A stretch of DNA of 64,000 bases from Micrococcaceae bacterium (GCA_047608145.1 JASGDC010000033.1:3979-67978), one strand, 5' to 3'; positions 28,531 to 39,375 are shown, numbered from the stretch's first letter. Translations and numbers: made by a program. Notes: generated by a model from the letters alone, not told the origin.

Positions 28531-29786
28531 TGTTCACGATCAGGACCAACACCAATAGCCGAGAAACGGCAGCCGCTCATTGATTCAAGTGCCTTAACAT
28601 ATTTCTTAGCATTATTTGGTAAATCGTCTATAGTTTTTGCTTTTGAAATATCTTCAGTCCAGCCATCAAAATACTCAAAAATTGGTTTTGCATGGTGGAA
28701 GTCAGATTGAGATACTGGAATTTCATCAAAGCGTTTTCCATCGACATCATAAGCTACACATACTGGGATTTTCTCAATACCAGTAAGTACATCAAGCTTT
28801 GTCAAGAAATAGTCTGTAAAACCATTAACACGACTTGCATAACGAGCAAGTACAGCATCATACCAGCCACAACGACGTGGACGCCCGGTGTTTACGCCAA
28901 ATTCTCCACCAGTCTTTTGTAAAAATTCTCCCATTTCATCAAATAATTCTGTAGGGAAAGGTCCTGCACCAACACGAGTCGTATAAGCTTTAATAATACC
29001 TATTACGCGATCAATGCGAGTAGGCCCTATACCACTGCCCGTACAAGCTCCGCCAGAAGTTGGATTGGAAGAAGTTACAAACGGGTAGGTACCATGATCT
29101 ACATCCAAGAAAGTAGCCTGCCCACCCTCTAGAAGTACTAACTTTTCATCATCAAGCGCATCATTTAACTCTAATTCAGCATCTACTACCATAGGTTTAA
29201 TACGATCAGCATAAGATAAGAAATAATCTACAATCTCATCAACCGAAATAGCCCTGCGATTATAAACTTTAACTAGTAGTTCATTTTTCTGAGCTAATGA
29301 GCCTTCGACCTTTTGCCGTAAAATTGATTCATCAAATAAATCTTGTACACGGATACCCAAACGAGCTACTTTGTCCATGTATGATGGTCCAATACCACGA
29401 CCAGTAGTACCGATAGCACGCTTACCCAAGAAACGCTCAGTAACTTTATCAATAATCTGGTGGTATGGTGCAATCAAGTGCGCATTTGCTGAAATCTTGA
29501 GCTTAGAAGTATCTGCACCACGAGCATTCAAACCATCTAATTCTTCAAATAATGCTTCTGGATTCACTACTACCCCGTTACCAATAATTGGCGTAGAGTT
29601 TTCATTAAGAATTCCAGCTGGTAGTAACTTAAGCTCATACTTTTCACCACCGACTTTTACAGTATGTCCAGCATTGTTACCACCATTAAACTTAACTACA
29701 TAGTCAACCTTGCCGCCTAGCAAATCAGTTGCTTTACCTTTACCTTCGTCACCCCATTGTGCTCCAACAATAACTATAGTTGGCAT
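28503..29786 (-). CDS. purA: Adenylosuccinate synthetase
   Basis: Start reassigned to the ATG at 29786 ([18 protein letters not shown]), with AAGGA upstream. GGNNAGHT motif. The longer track ORF would run through the upstream terminator. Confidence 0.95.
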   Translation of the reverse strand: MPTIVIVGAQWGDEGKGKATDLLGGKVDYVVKFNGGNNAGHTVKVGGEKYELKLLPAGILNENSTPIIGNGVVVNPEALFEELDGLNARGADTSKLKISANAHLIAPYHQIIDKVTERFLGKRAIGTTGRGIGPSYMDKVARLGIRVQDLFDESILRQKVEGSLAQKNELLVKVYNRRAISVDEIVDYFLSYADRIKPMVVDAELELNDALDDEKLVLLEGGQATFLDVDHGTYPFVTSSNPTSGGACTGSGIGPTRIDRVIGIIKAYTTRVGAGPFPTELFDEMGEFLQKTGGEFGVNTGRPRRCGWYDAVLARYASRVNGFTDYFLTKLDVLTGIEKIPVCVAYDVDGKRFDEIPVSQSDFHHAKPIFEYFDGWTEDISKAKTIDDLPNNAKKYVKALESMSGCRFSAIGVGPDREQTIVINYLI

Positions 29787-29809
29787 GTTTTTCCTTATCG
29801 TTTTATTGC

Positions 29810-29845
29810 AAAATAAAATAAACTCCACAAGTTGTAAGCGGAGTT
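29810..29845 (-). terminator. Intrinsic terminator after GT-C-like paralog 4
   Basis: Minus strand reads AACTCC-13 nt-GGAGTT followed by TATTTTATTTTG. Confidence 0.5.
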
Positions 29846-29886
29846 CTTACAGCTTATTTTACTAATTTTTTAATTTGATTTCAAAG

Positions 29887-32049
29887 TTACTGCGGCACAT
29901 ATCCTAAATCCTGTTGTGCAGCATTATTCTGTTCAATAGCAGTAGGATCGCAATCATTAATAGAATATAACTTTGCAGGACCTTGTTGTGCTACAAGCGT
30001 AACTGCATCAGAATTATCTAGATTTTCTAAACCTGGCATAGGGGCATATCTATACTTATTGAAAGCAGTGCCCGCTAAAGGTCTTCCATTAAGATTAATT
30101 GCATACTTAACACCTATATCTTTTACTGCCTGACAAGTTTGAGCATCCGTCATCATATTATTCAAATTATTAAGAATAAGCGATTCTTCCTGAGTTGGCT
30201 TCTCTTTTTCTTGTCCGTATTGTATTAAATCTACATTTGCGACTGCATAGCTCAAAGCAGCTGCGTTATTATCATTTGCGACTAATGTTCCTGGTGGGAC
30301 GATACTTGCCATTTGTTTCATGAGATTTAAGCCATCCCAAGTAATATATGCAGGATTATCTTTAGGATTCATACTATAAGCACTCAGCGAAGTTTTTGCC
30401 ACATACTTATCTAAAACACCACCTTGGTGTCCATAGGTCCACCCTAATAACACTATTAACAGTACTTTAAGTACAAGTGCAATTGCAGCTAGAATTTTCT
30501 TTCTTAGCAAACCTATCCAAAGAATAATTTTCCATATCAAAGTTAGTATGGAAGTAACGCCAATAGTAGCTATTACTGAAGCAAAAATTGGATAATACAC
30601 GATTATTCGTTGTGCTCTACCATACCAAAGTCCTGTGAAGATAAAACGTATTGTTTCGTTTTGGGATCCATTAGATATAACATACAAAATTCCTGTTATG
30701 ACGTATGATGTCAAAACCCAGTAGTACTGCTTATTCTTTTCATATCCTAACAACAATAAAATACCAATAAACACAAAAATACTAATAGAAGTTGGATAAA
30801 TTCCTTTAGTCACATTTCCTTGTAAGTACTCAATAATTGATTGGCCAATGGTACCTTCACCAATTGACCTATACTGCATAGATAATTTGTTCCACATTAC
30901 TATATAGACCAAGATAAATATTAAAAACATAATAAAGTAATTAATGCGTTTACGATTCAAGTAAACACCCTTCATAGGGCCTTTTCTCGCTCTATCTATA
31001 TAATTAATAACTGATCTAATAAAGTGCTGCAAGCCGATTGTAATTATAAAAAGCAAACTAGCCATGAAACTAGTTGGGTGTAAGAAACCTATTCCAGCAA
31101 GTGTTAGCAATAATCCAAGTAAGGCCTGTGGCCCAGATATTACTCTATGAGCATTTTCTTTGAATACGCCTAATGCAAAACCTAAAGCAATTGGGATAAA
31201 TGCGGCCGAGGAATTATTTGGATAGAAACCGCCGTATACTAGCGCTAAATAAGGAAAAGCTGGTAGCGCACATGAAAAAATTACAGTTAATGCAACTTTT
31301 AAACTAGAGTTACCAAAAACTTGCCTAGCAAAAAATAACATACTGATTGGCCAAGTTAGAATATATATAACACTAATAAGAGAATTTATGCCTAAAATCA
31401 AAAACTTAAAATCACTGCCAAATACTGAAGATACTAAGTATACAGTCCCATGCCATGCAGAAGGATAATAAGTGTTTTGTAAAGAAGGAATGAAGTCGCT
31501 TAAATGGAATGGTGAAGCATTGTGGCTGTCATAAATCCATCTGATTGCACTTAAATGATAGCGAACATCAACTGTTTGTATAATATTTTCAGGATGACCT
31601 ATAATCCTTAGCGAAGTTATGAATGATAGAGTAATAGCAATTAAAAGACTTAAAGTAACTATATTAAATATAGCTTTATAATTAAACTTTCTTTTTTTAA
31701 TTTTGGTAGCCGGTCTTATATGCTTAGGTTTAGCCTTACGCTTATCAAAATTAAGCTTTTCTCTAATTTTCGGTATCTTAAATAAAAATCTCTTCAATAT
31801 ATATATTAAAAATGTATATAACACTGAAGCTATTATGAATGTAATTAAATAATAAGGGATTTTTAGTATTCCAAATAAAACCGTAGTAAATCCGACTTCT
31901 GCAAATGTTACAACTGGAGCTATGGTTACAAGAGTCAGCTTCCTGAATCCTAATACTGCAGAAAAAACTAATCCTGGAATATAGAGAATCATTATAGTCA
32001 CTAAAACAATGGGTATAGCTTCTTGCCACATCGCTATCGGACTTAACAT
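29887..32049 (-). CDS. Polytopic envelope protein, GT-C-glycosyltransferase-like, paralog 4
   Basis: 720 aa. ILYIPG, TVDVRYHLSAIRWIYDSHNASPFHLSDF and YYPSAWH motifs, C-terminal NLDNSDAVTLVAQQGPAKLYSINDC. Confidence 0.6.
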   Translation of the reverse strand: MLSPIAMWQEAIPIVLVTIMILYIPGLVFSAVLGFRKLTLVTIAPVVTFAEVGFTTVLFGILKIPYYLITFIIASVLYTFLIYILKRFLFKIPKIREKLNFDKRKAKPKHIRPATKIKKRKFNYKAIFNIVTLSLLIAITLSFITSLRIIGHPENIIQTVDVRYHLSAIRWIYDSHNASPFHLSDFIPSLQNTYYPSAWHGTVYLVSSVFGSDFKFLILGINSLISVIYILTWPISMLFFARQVFGNSSLKVALTVIFSCALPAFPYLALVYGGFYPNNSSAAFIPIALGFALGVFKENAHRVISGPQALLGLLLTLAGIGFLHPTSFMASLLFIITIGLQHFIRSVINYIDRARKGPMKGVYLNRKRINYFIMFLIFILVYIVMWNKLSMQYRSIGEGTIGQSIIEYLQGNVTKGIYPTSISIFVFIGILLLLGYEKNKQYYWVLTSYVITGILYVISNGSQNETIRFIFTGLWYGRAQRIIVYYPIFASVIATIGVTSILTLIWKIILWIGLLRKKILAAIALVLKVLLIVLLGWTYGHQGGVLDKYVAKTSLSAYSMNPKDNPAYITWDGLNLMKQMASIVPPGTLVANDNNAAALSYAVANVDLIQYGQEKEKPTQEESLILNNLNNMMTDAQTCQAVKDIGVKYAINLNGRPLAGTAFNKYRYAPMPGLENLDNSDAVTLVAQQGPAKLYSINDCDPTAIEQNNAAQQDLGYVPQ

Positions 32050-32389
32050 AAAGACTCTTCCTTAAAAATACCCTGCGTAATTCATTAAATACTCTGTTTT
32101 ATTATATTACACTTTTTGAAGTACTACCTTAAGATTTTTATAGAATAATCGTTAATTTAAACACTTACCTGTATCACAGTTGCAATATTTACCGCAGAGG
32201 CTGTCTTCGTCAGTCTTTATTTAACAAGAAAATCACAAAGAAACGAAGTTAAAGCTCAGCATAAGCAACGAACTTCCGATGTTGCAACTAAAAACAATTG
32301 AGCAATTAGCAGAACTACGTGCTGTCATAATAACTTACTGGAGTGATGAGAAGACAGAAAAATTCTTTTTAAAAAAGCAAGCATAAATT

Positions 32390-32417
32390 AAGACTCCAGT
32401 TTTTATCCTGAAGTCTT
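32390..32417 (-). terminator. Hairpin downstream of fba
   Basis: AAGACTCCAG/CTGAAGTCTT pairs at 9 of 10 positions with an 8-nt loop. No clear U tract on either strand. Confidence 0.3.
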
Positions 32418-32436
32418 AATTTGAATTGAAAATCTA

Positions 32437-33459
32437 CTACTTAGTTGATCTACCTGCAGAACCTAGAGATTCACAAGCTTCCACGATACGAGCAGCCATG
32501 CTAGCTTCAGCAGCAGCACCCCATACGCGTGGATCGTAAGTCTTCTTATTTCCTACTTCCCCATCAACTTTAAGTACACCGTCATAGTTCTTCAACATGT
32601 GATCTACTACTGGGCGAGTGTAAGCATACTGAGTGTCAGTATCGATATTCATCTTAATAACACCATATTTAACTGCATCAGCAATCTCTTGCTCAGTAGA
32701 TCCAGAACCGCCGTGGAATACTAAATCAAATGGACGTTCTTTGCCAACCTTCTTGCCAACTGCTTCCTGAATTTCTTTAAGAACTTCTGGACGAAGCTTT
32801 ACGTTACCTGGCTTATATACACCATGTACGTTACCGAAAGTTAGTGCAGTGATATAACGACCATTTTCACCTGAACCAAGTGCTTTAACAGTTGCTAGAC
32901 CATCGTCGACAGTAGAGTAAAGATCATCGTTAATTTCGTGAGCTACACCATCTTCTTCACCACCAACGACACCAACTTCAATTTCAAGAATCTGGTGTGC
33001 TTTAGCAGTACGCTCTAGTAACTCTTCAGCAATCTTCAAATTCTCTTTTAGTGGCACAGCAGAACCGTCCCACATGTGTGAGTTAAATATTGGGTCGTTA
33101 CCTTTAGCTACTTCCTTTTCAGAAAGTTCAAGTAGTGGTAATACAAAGTTATCTAGTTGATCTTTTGGACAGTGGTCAGTATGCAAAGCAACGTTTACAC
33201 CGTACTGCTTAGCAACTTCGCGTGCATAAGTAGCGAAACCAAGGGCACCTGTCGGCATATCCTTTTTCTTTGGACCAGCCCAATATGCAGCACCGCCAGT
33301 TGTCACCTGCACGATACCATCTGAACCAGCTTCAGCAAAGCCTTCTAGAGCTGCGTTTAAAGTTTGAGAAGAAGTTACGTTAACTGCAGGGTACGCGAAA
33401 CCTTTGTTTTTCGCGTTATCAATCATTTCAGCGTATACTTCTGGAGTTGCTATTGGCAT
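32437..33459 (-). CDS. fba: Fructose-bisphosphate aldolase, class II
   Basis: 340 aa. MPIATPEVYAEMI N-terminus, HTDHC and FHGGSGS motifs. Confidence 0.95.
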   Translation of the reverse strand: MPIATPEVYAEMIDNAKNKGFAYPAVNVTSSQTLNAALEGFAEAGSDGIVQVTTGGAAYWAGPKKKDMPTGALGFATYAREVAKQYGVNVALHTDHCPKDQLDNFVLPLLELSEKEVAKGNDPIFNSHMWDGSAVPLKENLKIAEELLERTAKAHQILEIEVGVVGGEEDGVAHEINDDLYSTVDDGLATVKALGSGENGRYITALTFGNVHGVYKPGNVKLRPEVLKEIQEAVGKKVGKERPFDLVFHGGSGSTEQEIADAVKYGVIKMNIDTDTQYAYTRPVVDHMLKNYDGVLKVDGEVGNKKTYDPRVWGAAAEASMAARIVEACESLGSAGRSTK

Positions 33460-33544
33460 ATAAAGCCACCTTTCTTGAAGGTTATAATCAGATACATTCC
33501 TATTATAAAACTTATTGAGCTAGATAACGGTTAGACAAGCGTAG

Positions 33545-34189
33545 TTAAGATATTATCTGTCCGAAAACATGTCTACGAACCCAAGCATGCATCGCAATAG
33601 AAGCAGCTGCAGCAGCATTCATCGAACGGGTTGAGCCATATTGAGCAATTGAAAGTGTATCTTTACAAGACTTATGTACTTCTTCAGTTAAACCGATACT
33701 TTCCTGTCCAAATACTAAAACACAGTTTTTAGGTAGATCATAAGTCTCTAACGGAACTGAATCAGGGAAATTATCAATACCAATAACCTCTAATCCCTCA
33801 CTTTGAGCCCATTCCACAAAACCTTCAACTGTTGGGTGATGGCGTACATGCTGGTATTTATCAGTAACCATAGCACCACGACGATTCCAGCGTTTTTTAC
33901 CAATAATATGCACTTCTTTAGCCAAGAAAGCATTCGCAGTGCGCACTACTGTTCCGATGTTTAAATCATGCTGCCAATTCTCAATTGCAATATGGAAATT
34001 ATGACGACGTTTATCTAAATCTGCAATGATGGCATCCATTTTCCAATAACGGTACTTATCTACGACATTACGTCGGTCACCATCACTTAGTAATTCTGGG
34101 TCATAATAATCTTCAGTAGGCCATTGGCCTTCCCAAGGACCAACGCCATTTTCATGGTTTGTACCATTATTATTAGCAGCTGTGCTCAT
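33545..34189 (-). CDS. TrmH/SpoU family RNA 2'-O-methyltransferase
   Basis: 214 aa. SpoU motifs NIGTVVRTANAF, LVFGQESIGL and GSTRSMNAAAAASIAMH. Confidence 0.8.
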   Translation of the reverse strand: MSTAANNNGTNHENGVGPWEGQWPTEDYYDPELLSDGDRRNVVDKYRYWKMDAIIADLDKRRHNFHIAIENWQHDLNIGTVVRTANAFLAKEVHIIGKKRWNRRGAMVTDKYQHVRHHPTVEGFVEWAQSEGLEVIGIDNFPDSVPLETYDLPKNCVLVFGQESIGLTEEVHKSCKDTLSIAQYGSTRSMNAAAAASIAMHAWVRRHVFGQIIS

Positions 34190-34253
34190 TTAATCTATAC
34201 CTAGTTCCTTAAATTTGTTACCTTTATCAGCTTACTCCGTTAGAGTTAATAGT

Positions 34254-35033
34254 ATGAGAATTTCTAGTTGGAATGTTAATTCCGTACGTGCCCGTGCTGA
34301 CCGTATTGCAAACTTTTTGGAACGTAGTGATGTAGATGTCCTGTGTATTCAAGAAACCAAAGCTAAAGATGAGCAGTTCCCTTGGGAACTTTTCGAACGC
34401 CTTGAATACGAAGTAGTTCACTTTGGTTTAAACCAGTGGAATGGCGTAGCCATTGCCTCACGTGTAGGTCTTGAAGATGTAGAGCGTAGTTTCCCTAACC
34501 AACCAGATTTTAAAGACATAGTAGAAGCTCGTGCAATTGGTGCTACTTGCGGTGGAGTTAGAATTTGGAGCCTTTATGTACCTAATGGACGTGCTTTAGA
34601 CGATCCGCATTATCCTTATAAATTAGAATGGTTAGCCACTCTTGAAGATAATATGAAAACCGGACTTAAAGCCAATCCTGAAGCTAAGATTGTCCTTGCA
34701 GGTGATTGGAATATTGCCCCTACTGACATTGATGTTTGGGATATGGAAGTATTTGAAGGGCATACTCACGTTTCCGACAAAGAACGTCAAGCTTTCCAAA
34801 ACTTCTTGGACTTAGGTTTTACTGACTCTGGACGCACATTCTACGGTGAACCAGGCAAGTACACTTACTGGGACTATAAAGCGCTGAGTTTTCCTAAGAA
34901 AAAAGGGATGCGCATTGATTTCATGCTAACTTCTAAGGCACTTAAAGTTAAAGAAGCGTGGATTGATCGTGAAGAGCGCAAAGGAAAAGGTGCATCCGAT
35001 CATGCCCCTATCCTGTTAGATTTTGAAGATTAA
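34254..35033 (+). CDS. xth: Exodeoxyribonuclease III
   Basis: Start reassigned to the ATG at 34254 (MRISSWNVNSVRAR). QETK, GDWNIAP and SDHAP motifs. Confidence 0.9.
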   Translation: MRISSWNVNSVRARADRIANFLERSDVDVLCIQETKAKDEQFPWELFERLEYEVVHFGLNQWNGVAIASRVGLEDVERSFPNQPDFKDIVEARAIGATCGGVRIWSLYVPNGRALDDPHYPYKLEWLATLEDNMKTGLKANPEAKIVLAGDWNIAPTDIDVWDMEVFEGHTHVSDKERQAFQNFLDLGFTDSGRTFYGEPGKYTYWDYKALSFPKKKGMRIDFMLTSKALKVKEAWIDREERKGKGASDHAPILLDFED

Positions 35034-37322
35034 ACTCTACCAAAATAACGTAATCGTAAACTATTAAGCACTACTGCCACTAACGAGAAGGCCATTGCAG
35101 CACCTGCAATCATTGGGTTTAATAAACCAAACGCTGCTAATGGCAACGCTAGCATATTGTATGCAAATGCCCAGAATAAATTAGCTTTAATAGTTTTAAA
35201 GGTCTTCTTAGCTAGTTTAATTGCCTCCACAACTTCTAATAAGTCACCACTTACTAAGGTAATATCAGAAGCCGCAATTGCAGCGTCTGCACCAGTACCA
35301 ATTGCAATACCTAAATTAGCCTGAGCAAGAGCAACCGCATCATTGATACCATCACCAACCATAGTGACTTTCTTACCGTCTGCTTGAAGCTTCTGAACTA
35401 CATCACGCTTATCTTCAGGTAGCACTTCCGCGATTACAGTTTTAATACCAACCTGTTTTGCCATGTAATTTGCGGCATTTTTATTATCACCAGTAAGCAA
35501 TACAGTCCCTAAACCTAATTCTTGTAACTTAGCGACTGCTTCTTTACTACTTTCTTTCAAAGTATCAGAAACTGCAATTAAGCCACGTATTTTGCCATTC
35601 CAGGCTATATTGACGACAGTTTTTCCTTGTAGTTCTAGCTTATCCTTCTGGTTACCAAGTTCATCATCTAAGCTTTGAACTGTTTGTTTTAAGAGCTTTT
35701 CAGTACCGACATATACCTCAGTACCTTCAATTTCACCCTTTACTCCAAAACCAGCAATATTCTTAAAGTTAATGACTTCTGCTAACTCTCCTTTAGTCTT
35801 AGTTGCAGCAGCAATTTCTTGAGCGATTGGGTGTTCTGAATAAGCTTCCAAAGCGCCAGCCATAGCTAATAATTGATCTGAGCCTTCATCAGCTGCTGGT
35901 ATCACATCACTAAGTTGCATTTTTCCAGAAGTAATCGTACCTGTTTTATCAAGCACAATAGTGTCAATATCACTACTGCTCTCTAGAACTTCAGGACCTT
36001 CCATCAAAATCCCAAGTTCGGCACCACGACCAGTGCCCATCATTAGTGCAATTGGAGTAGCTAGTCCAAGGGCACAAGGGCAATCAATAATTAATACTGC
36101 AACAGCTGCGGTAAATGCTAGTGACATTGAACTACCAAAAATTGCCCATAGTATGAAAGTCAACAGAGCTAGGCCAATTACTGCTGGCATAAAATACTCT
36201 GAAACTTTGTCAGCTAACTTTTGAATTCGAGCTTTCCTGCTTGGGCATCCTGTACCATTTGTGCAATATGAGCCAGTTTGGTATCGCCACCAACAGCAGT
36301 AGCTTCAACTTCAATAACTCCGTTTACGTTAAGCATCGCCCCAGCAACTTCTGTACCTGACCCTACTTCTCTAGGGACATTTTCTCCAGTTAACATTGAA
36401 GTATCTATCGTAGAGTGCCCTTTAACAATAAGCCATCCGTAGCAATCTTTTCCCCAGGTTTAACGATGAAATGTTCACCTTTAACCAGCTCTTCCACTGG
36501 AATTTCCTGCTCTACTGTTTGCCCATTAACTTCACGCAATACTCTAACTTGCCTAGCAGCTAGGTTAAGCAAAGATTTTAAGGCACTACCAGCTTCTCGT
36601 TTAGTTTTCATTTCAAAGTAACGACCTGTGAGCAAGAACATTGTCACACCTGCGGCAGCTTCAAAGTAAATATTTCCGTTACCATCACTTACCTGTAATA
36701 AAAAATGGAAAGTATGTTTCATCCCTTCCATGCCTGCATGTCCTAGGAATAGTGCGTATAAACTCCAGAAATAGGTAGCTAAAGTACCCATGGAAATTAA
36801 AGTATCCATAGATACTATTTTATATTTTATTTGTTTCCAAGCTGCTTCATGGAATTCCCAACCATAATAAAAAACAACTGGAGTAGTTAAGGTTAATGCT
36901 GCCCATTGCCAGTAATTGAACTGTAGCTGTGGCACCATTGAAACCAAAATTACTGGAATTGCCAGCCACATTGACAGCACAAAACGCCAGCGCAACTATT
37001 CCAGCGAATGTGTTCCATGATCCATATGATCATGTGGATTAACTGCTTGCTCACTGTGATTATGTTTTTCGTGACTAGTATCATCATTGTGTGAATGTAC
37101 TGGGGCAGGTTTGTGAGCTTTATAGCCAGTATTTTCTACAGTTTCGATTAAGTCATGCTCAGAGATAGTGTCTGGGAATTCAATCTTTGCTTTTTCAGTA
37201 GCAAAATTAACACTAGATACTACACCGTCAAGTTTATTAAGTTTTTTTTCAATTCGGTTAGCACAGCTAGTACAAGTCATTCCCTCAATATCTAACTCAA
37301 CTGATTTGGTAGTATCAGCCAT
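35030..37322 (-). pseudogene. copA: Copper-translocating P1B-type ATPase, disrupted (one nonsense codon, two frameshifts)
   Basis: Four collinear ORF pieces. HMA domain with GMTCTSCANRI and a His-rich linker (37322-36996). In-frame TAG at 36996-36998. TM/actuator piece. Frameshift near the G run at 36417-36422 (...TDGLLLKG / GHSTIDTSMLTGENVP). Frameshift near 36228-36237 (AQAGK / ARIQKLADKVSEYFMPAVIG). CPC, DKTGT and GDGINDA are present in the last piece. Confidence 0.85.
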
Positions 37323-37362
37323 TTACCAAGCACTTCCCTAAGTAATAGATCAATAAATCTTG

Positions 37363-37563
37363 TTATTTAACTTCATATCCAGCTTCGTCGACAGCGGTTT
37401 TAACTTTAGTAATTACATCTTCTGGACTGTCAAGAGTTAGTGTCTTATCATCAAGTGAAACCTTGACATTCGCGACACCAGAAATCTCTGAAACTTCTTC
37501 CGTGATTGCATTAACGCAATGCTGACAACTCATACCCTCGATATCGTATTTGTAAGTTTCCAT
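37363..37563 (-). CDS. copZ: Copper chaperone, heavy-metal-associated domain
   Basis: 66 aa with GMSCQHCVNAI metal-binding loop. Intact, immediately upstream of the copA remnant. Confidence 0.85.
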   Translation of the reverse strand: METYKYDIEGMSCQHCVNAITEEVSEISGVANVKVSLDDKTLTLDSPEDVITKVKTAVDEAGYEVK

Positions 37564-37605
37564 TTGTACCCCTTATATTTGTAAGTATTTTCATACCTAA
37601 CAACA

Positions 37606-39375
37606 TTATAAGTAGCGTTTATATTCCAAATCTTTAAGTTGGTAGTTAACCCAAGCTACTATTCTTTGCCAATACTGTTTATCTCTGCCTGGGAAAATTA
37701 AATGCTGTGCTAAGAATAGTAAAGCTAAGAAAGAAAGTACCTTAGAAAATATTGCTAACTTGGTGTAACTATAAGTAATTCTTACTTCTGAGCCACCTGG
37801 TGGTACTGTTATTTCAGTAGTGCCATATTTTGAAACACTTGAGGATGCTTCAGTACCATTAACTAGTACTTTCTGTCCTAGATAACGGTACACCGGAGTA
37901 ATGAGCTGGACATTAGTTTCAAGATTATTTCCTACATCAATAGTGAATAATTTAGGAGTTGCATTATAGGAAACCATTCCAATATCTGAATTAGTTTTAG
38001 CATTTGGGTCATCAGAGGCCACTAAAGCACCATTCATATAATACGAGTTAGTTCCTACTTCTTTATGATTATCTTTAACTTGGATAGCGACTTTATTACC
38101 ATTTTGCGCTACGTAGTAGAAATCAGCTATTTGATCAACTACATCATCTTCAGCAACTTTACTATCCAAGTACTTACCACTTTGAATCCCGCCGTTTGCA
38201 GCTAAATCTTTTTGTTTCCAATGGTAAAAGCTGCCTATGGTAGTTCCATAAATTACCAATAAAATTATTGAAAGAAGGCCTAGCTTCCTAGTTTGCACAC
38301 TAATATTTGAAAGTCTGTCCATAGCGTTAGTAAATGTTACGGAGAAAGAATATGCGAAACATAGAGTTATAACCGTATTAAGCCCAATTACGAATTGAGA
38401 TATGGTCGATGAGCTATCCTGCCCTTTGAGCCAAAACGACATTATCATTACAAAAATAAAAATAATTAGACCAAACCCAAAGATAAATCTATCTGGCTTA
38501 TCTAATCTTTTAAATTTATATATTGTAAAAATTAATGCTAGTAAGATAGACAAACCGAGACTACCATCGAAACGGTTTAATAACATTGAACGTAGGCTAA
38601 ATCCAGAAGATGAAGTAGCTGCGTTATTACCACCATTACTGTAAACTGACATCGCAAAATTTTGCTGTAGTAGTGGTACTAGTACACCTAATGAAAGTAA
38701 CAATGACCAAATAGCTGCCTTCAAAAATGCAAAGGCTCTTTGCTGTTTATCTTGCCAAAAATACAATGAAAGCAATAGAGCAATACCAATTACTGTAGCG
38801 AATATCGCAGCACTTAGTATGTGTGTATGCGTAGTCAAAACCATAGCAATAGTCAGAATGTACCATTTACGATAATCACCAACAAAAATCTGATAGCAAC
38901 CTAGTAATACTAGTGGCAAGAATATATAGCTTACTCCCTCTCCAACATTAACTCGGGCATTCATATCCCAGAAAAATACTGAAGAATAAAGATAAACTAA
39001 CGAGAAAACAGCTGCAGTAAAATAATCTTTTTTAATCTGAAAAATAGAGTAATAAGCAATAAAAATACCTACCAAAGCTACAAGTATTACATACAGCTTA
39101 TAGCTCAATAGTAAGTTTCCAGTCATTTTAAAGAACAAATATACTGGATAAAAAGTTAACCAAGGATAAAATTCATTAGTAATAGAGCCGTGATGGCCGA
39201 AGTTACTAAAGCTTACTGGGCTTGACCAAACAGTATCCAATCCTAAGATACGAGATAGGGTAAAACGTGAATCCCAAGTAGGTCCATAATATGAAAAAGT
39301 GTCGCTAAAAAGCGGTATGGCAAAAATAATAGCCATTACCGTTAACAAAAGCAAATTAAAACGTTTTAATTTCAT
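37606..39375 (-). CDS. Polytopic membrane protein, distant GT-C/YfhO-like relative of the paralog family
   Basis: 589 aa with many TM segments. TWDSRFTLSRILGLDTVWSSPVSFSNF parallels the WD..FH...SP...SNF loop of the four paralogs. C-terminal beta-rich soluble domain and a final TM. Confidence 0.45.
   Translation of the reverse strand: MKLKRFNLLLLTVMAIIFAIPLFSDTFSYYGPTWDSRFTLSRILGLDTVWSSPVSFSNFGHHGSITNEFYPWLTFYPVYLFFKMTGNLLLSYKLYVILVALVGIFIAYYSIFQIKKDYFTAAVFSLVYLYSSVFFWDMNARVNVGEGVSYIFLPLVLLGCYQIFVGDYRKWYILTIAMVLTTHTHILSAAIFATVIGIALLLSLYFWQDKQQRAFAFLKAAIWSLLLSLGVLVPLLQQNFAMSVYSNGGNNAATSSSGFSLRSMLLNRFDGSLGLSILLALIFTIYKFKRLDKPDRFIFGFGLIIFIFVMIMSFWLKGQDSSSTISQFVIGLNTVITLCFAYSFSVTFTNAMDRLSNISVQTRKLGLLSIILLVIYGTTIGSFYHWKQKDLAANGGIQSGKYLDSKVAEDDVVDQIADFYYVAQNGNKVAIQVKDNHKEVGTNSYYMNGALVASDDPNAKTNSDIGMVSYNATPKLFTIDVGNNLETNVQLITPVYRYLGQKVLVNGTEASSSVSKYGTTEITVPPGGSEVRITYSYTKLAIFSKVLSFLALLFLAQHLIFPGRDKQYWQRIVAWVNYQLKDLEYKRYL

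Noticed and set aside
32050-32436. A 387-bp gene-free region downstream of fba. It holds a 35-codon ORF (32279-32386, MLQLKTIEQLAELRAV...) and an open frame without a start that encodes a TM-like peptide (...ITVAIFTAEAVFVSLYLTRKSQR...).
   Set aside because: The 35-codon ORF has no SD, and the other frame has no start codon. They may be gene remnants, but nothing can be supported from sequence alone.
37564-37640. CsoR or CopY operator upstream of copZ (GGGGTAC half-site, TACAAAT direct repeat).
   Set aside because: There is no dyad matching either the TACAnnTGTA cop box or the GC-rich CsoR palindrome. No repressor gene is adjacent.
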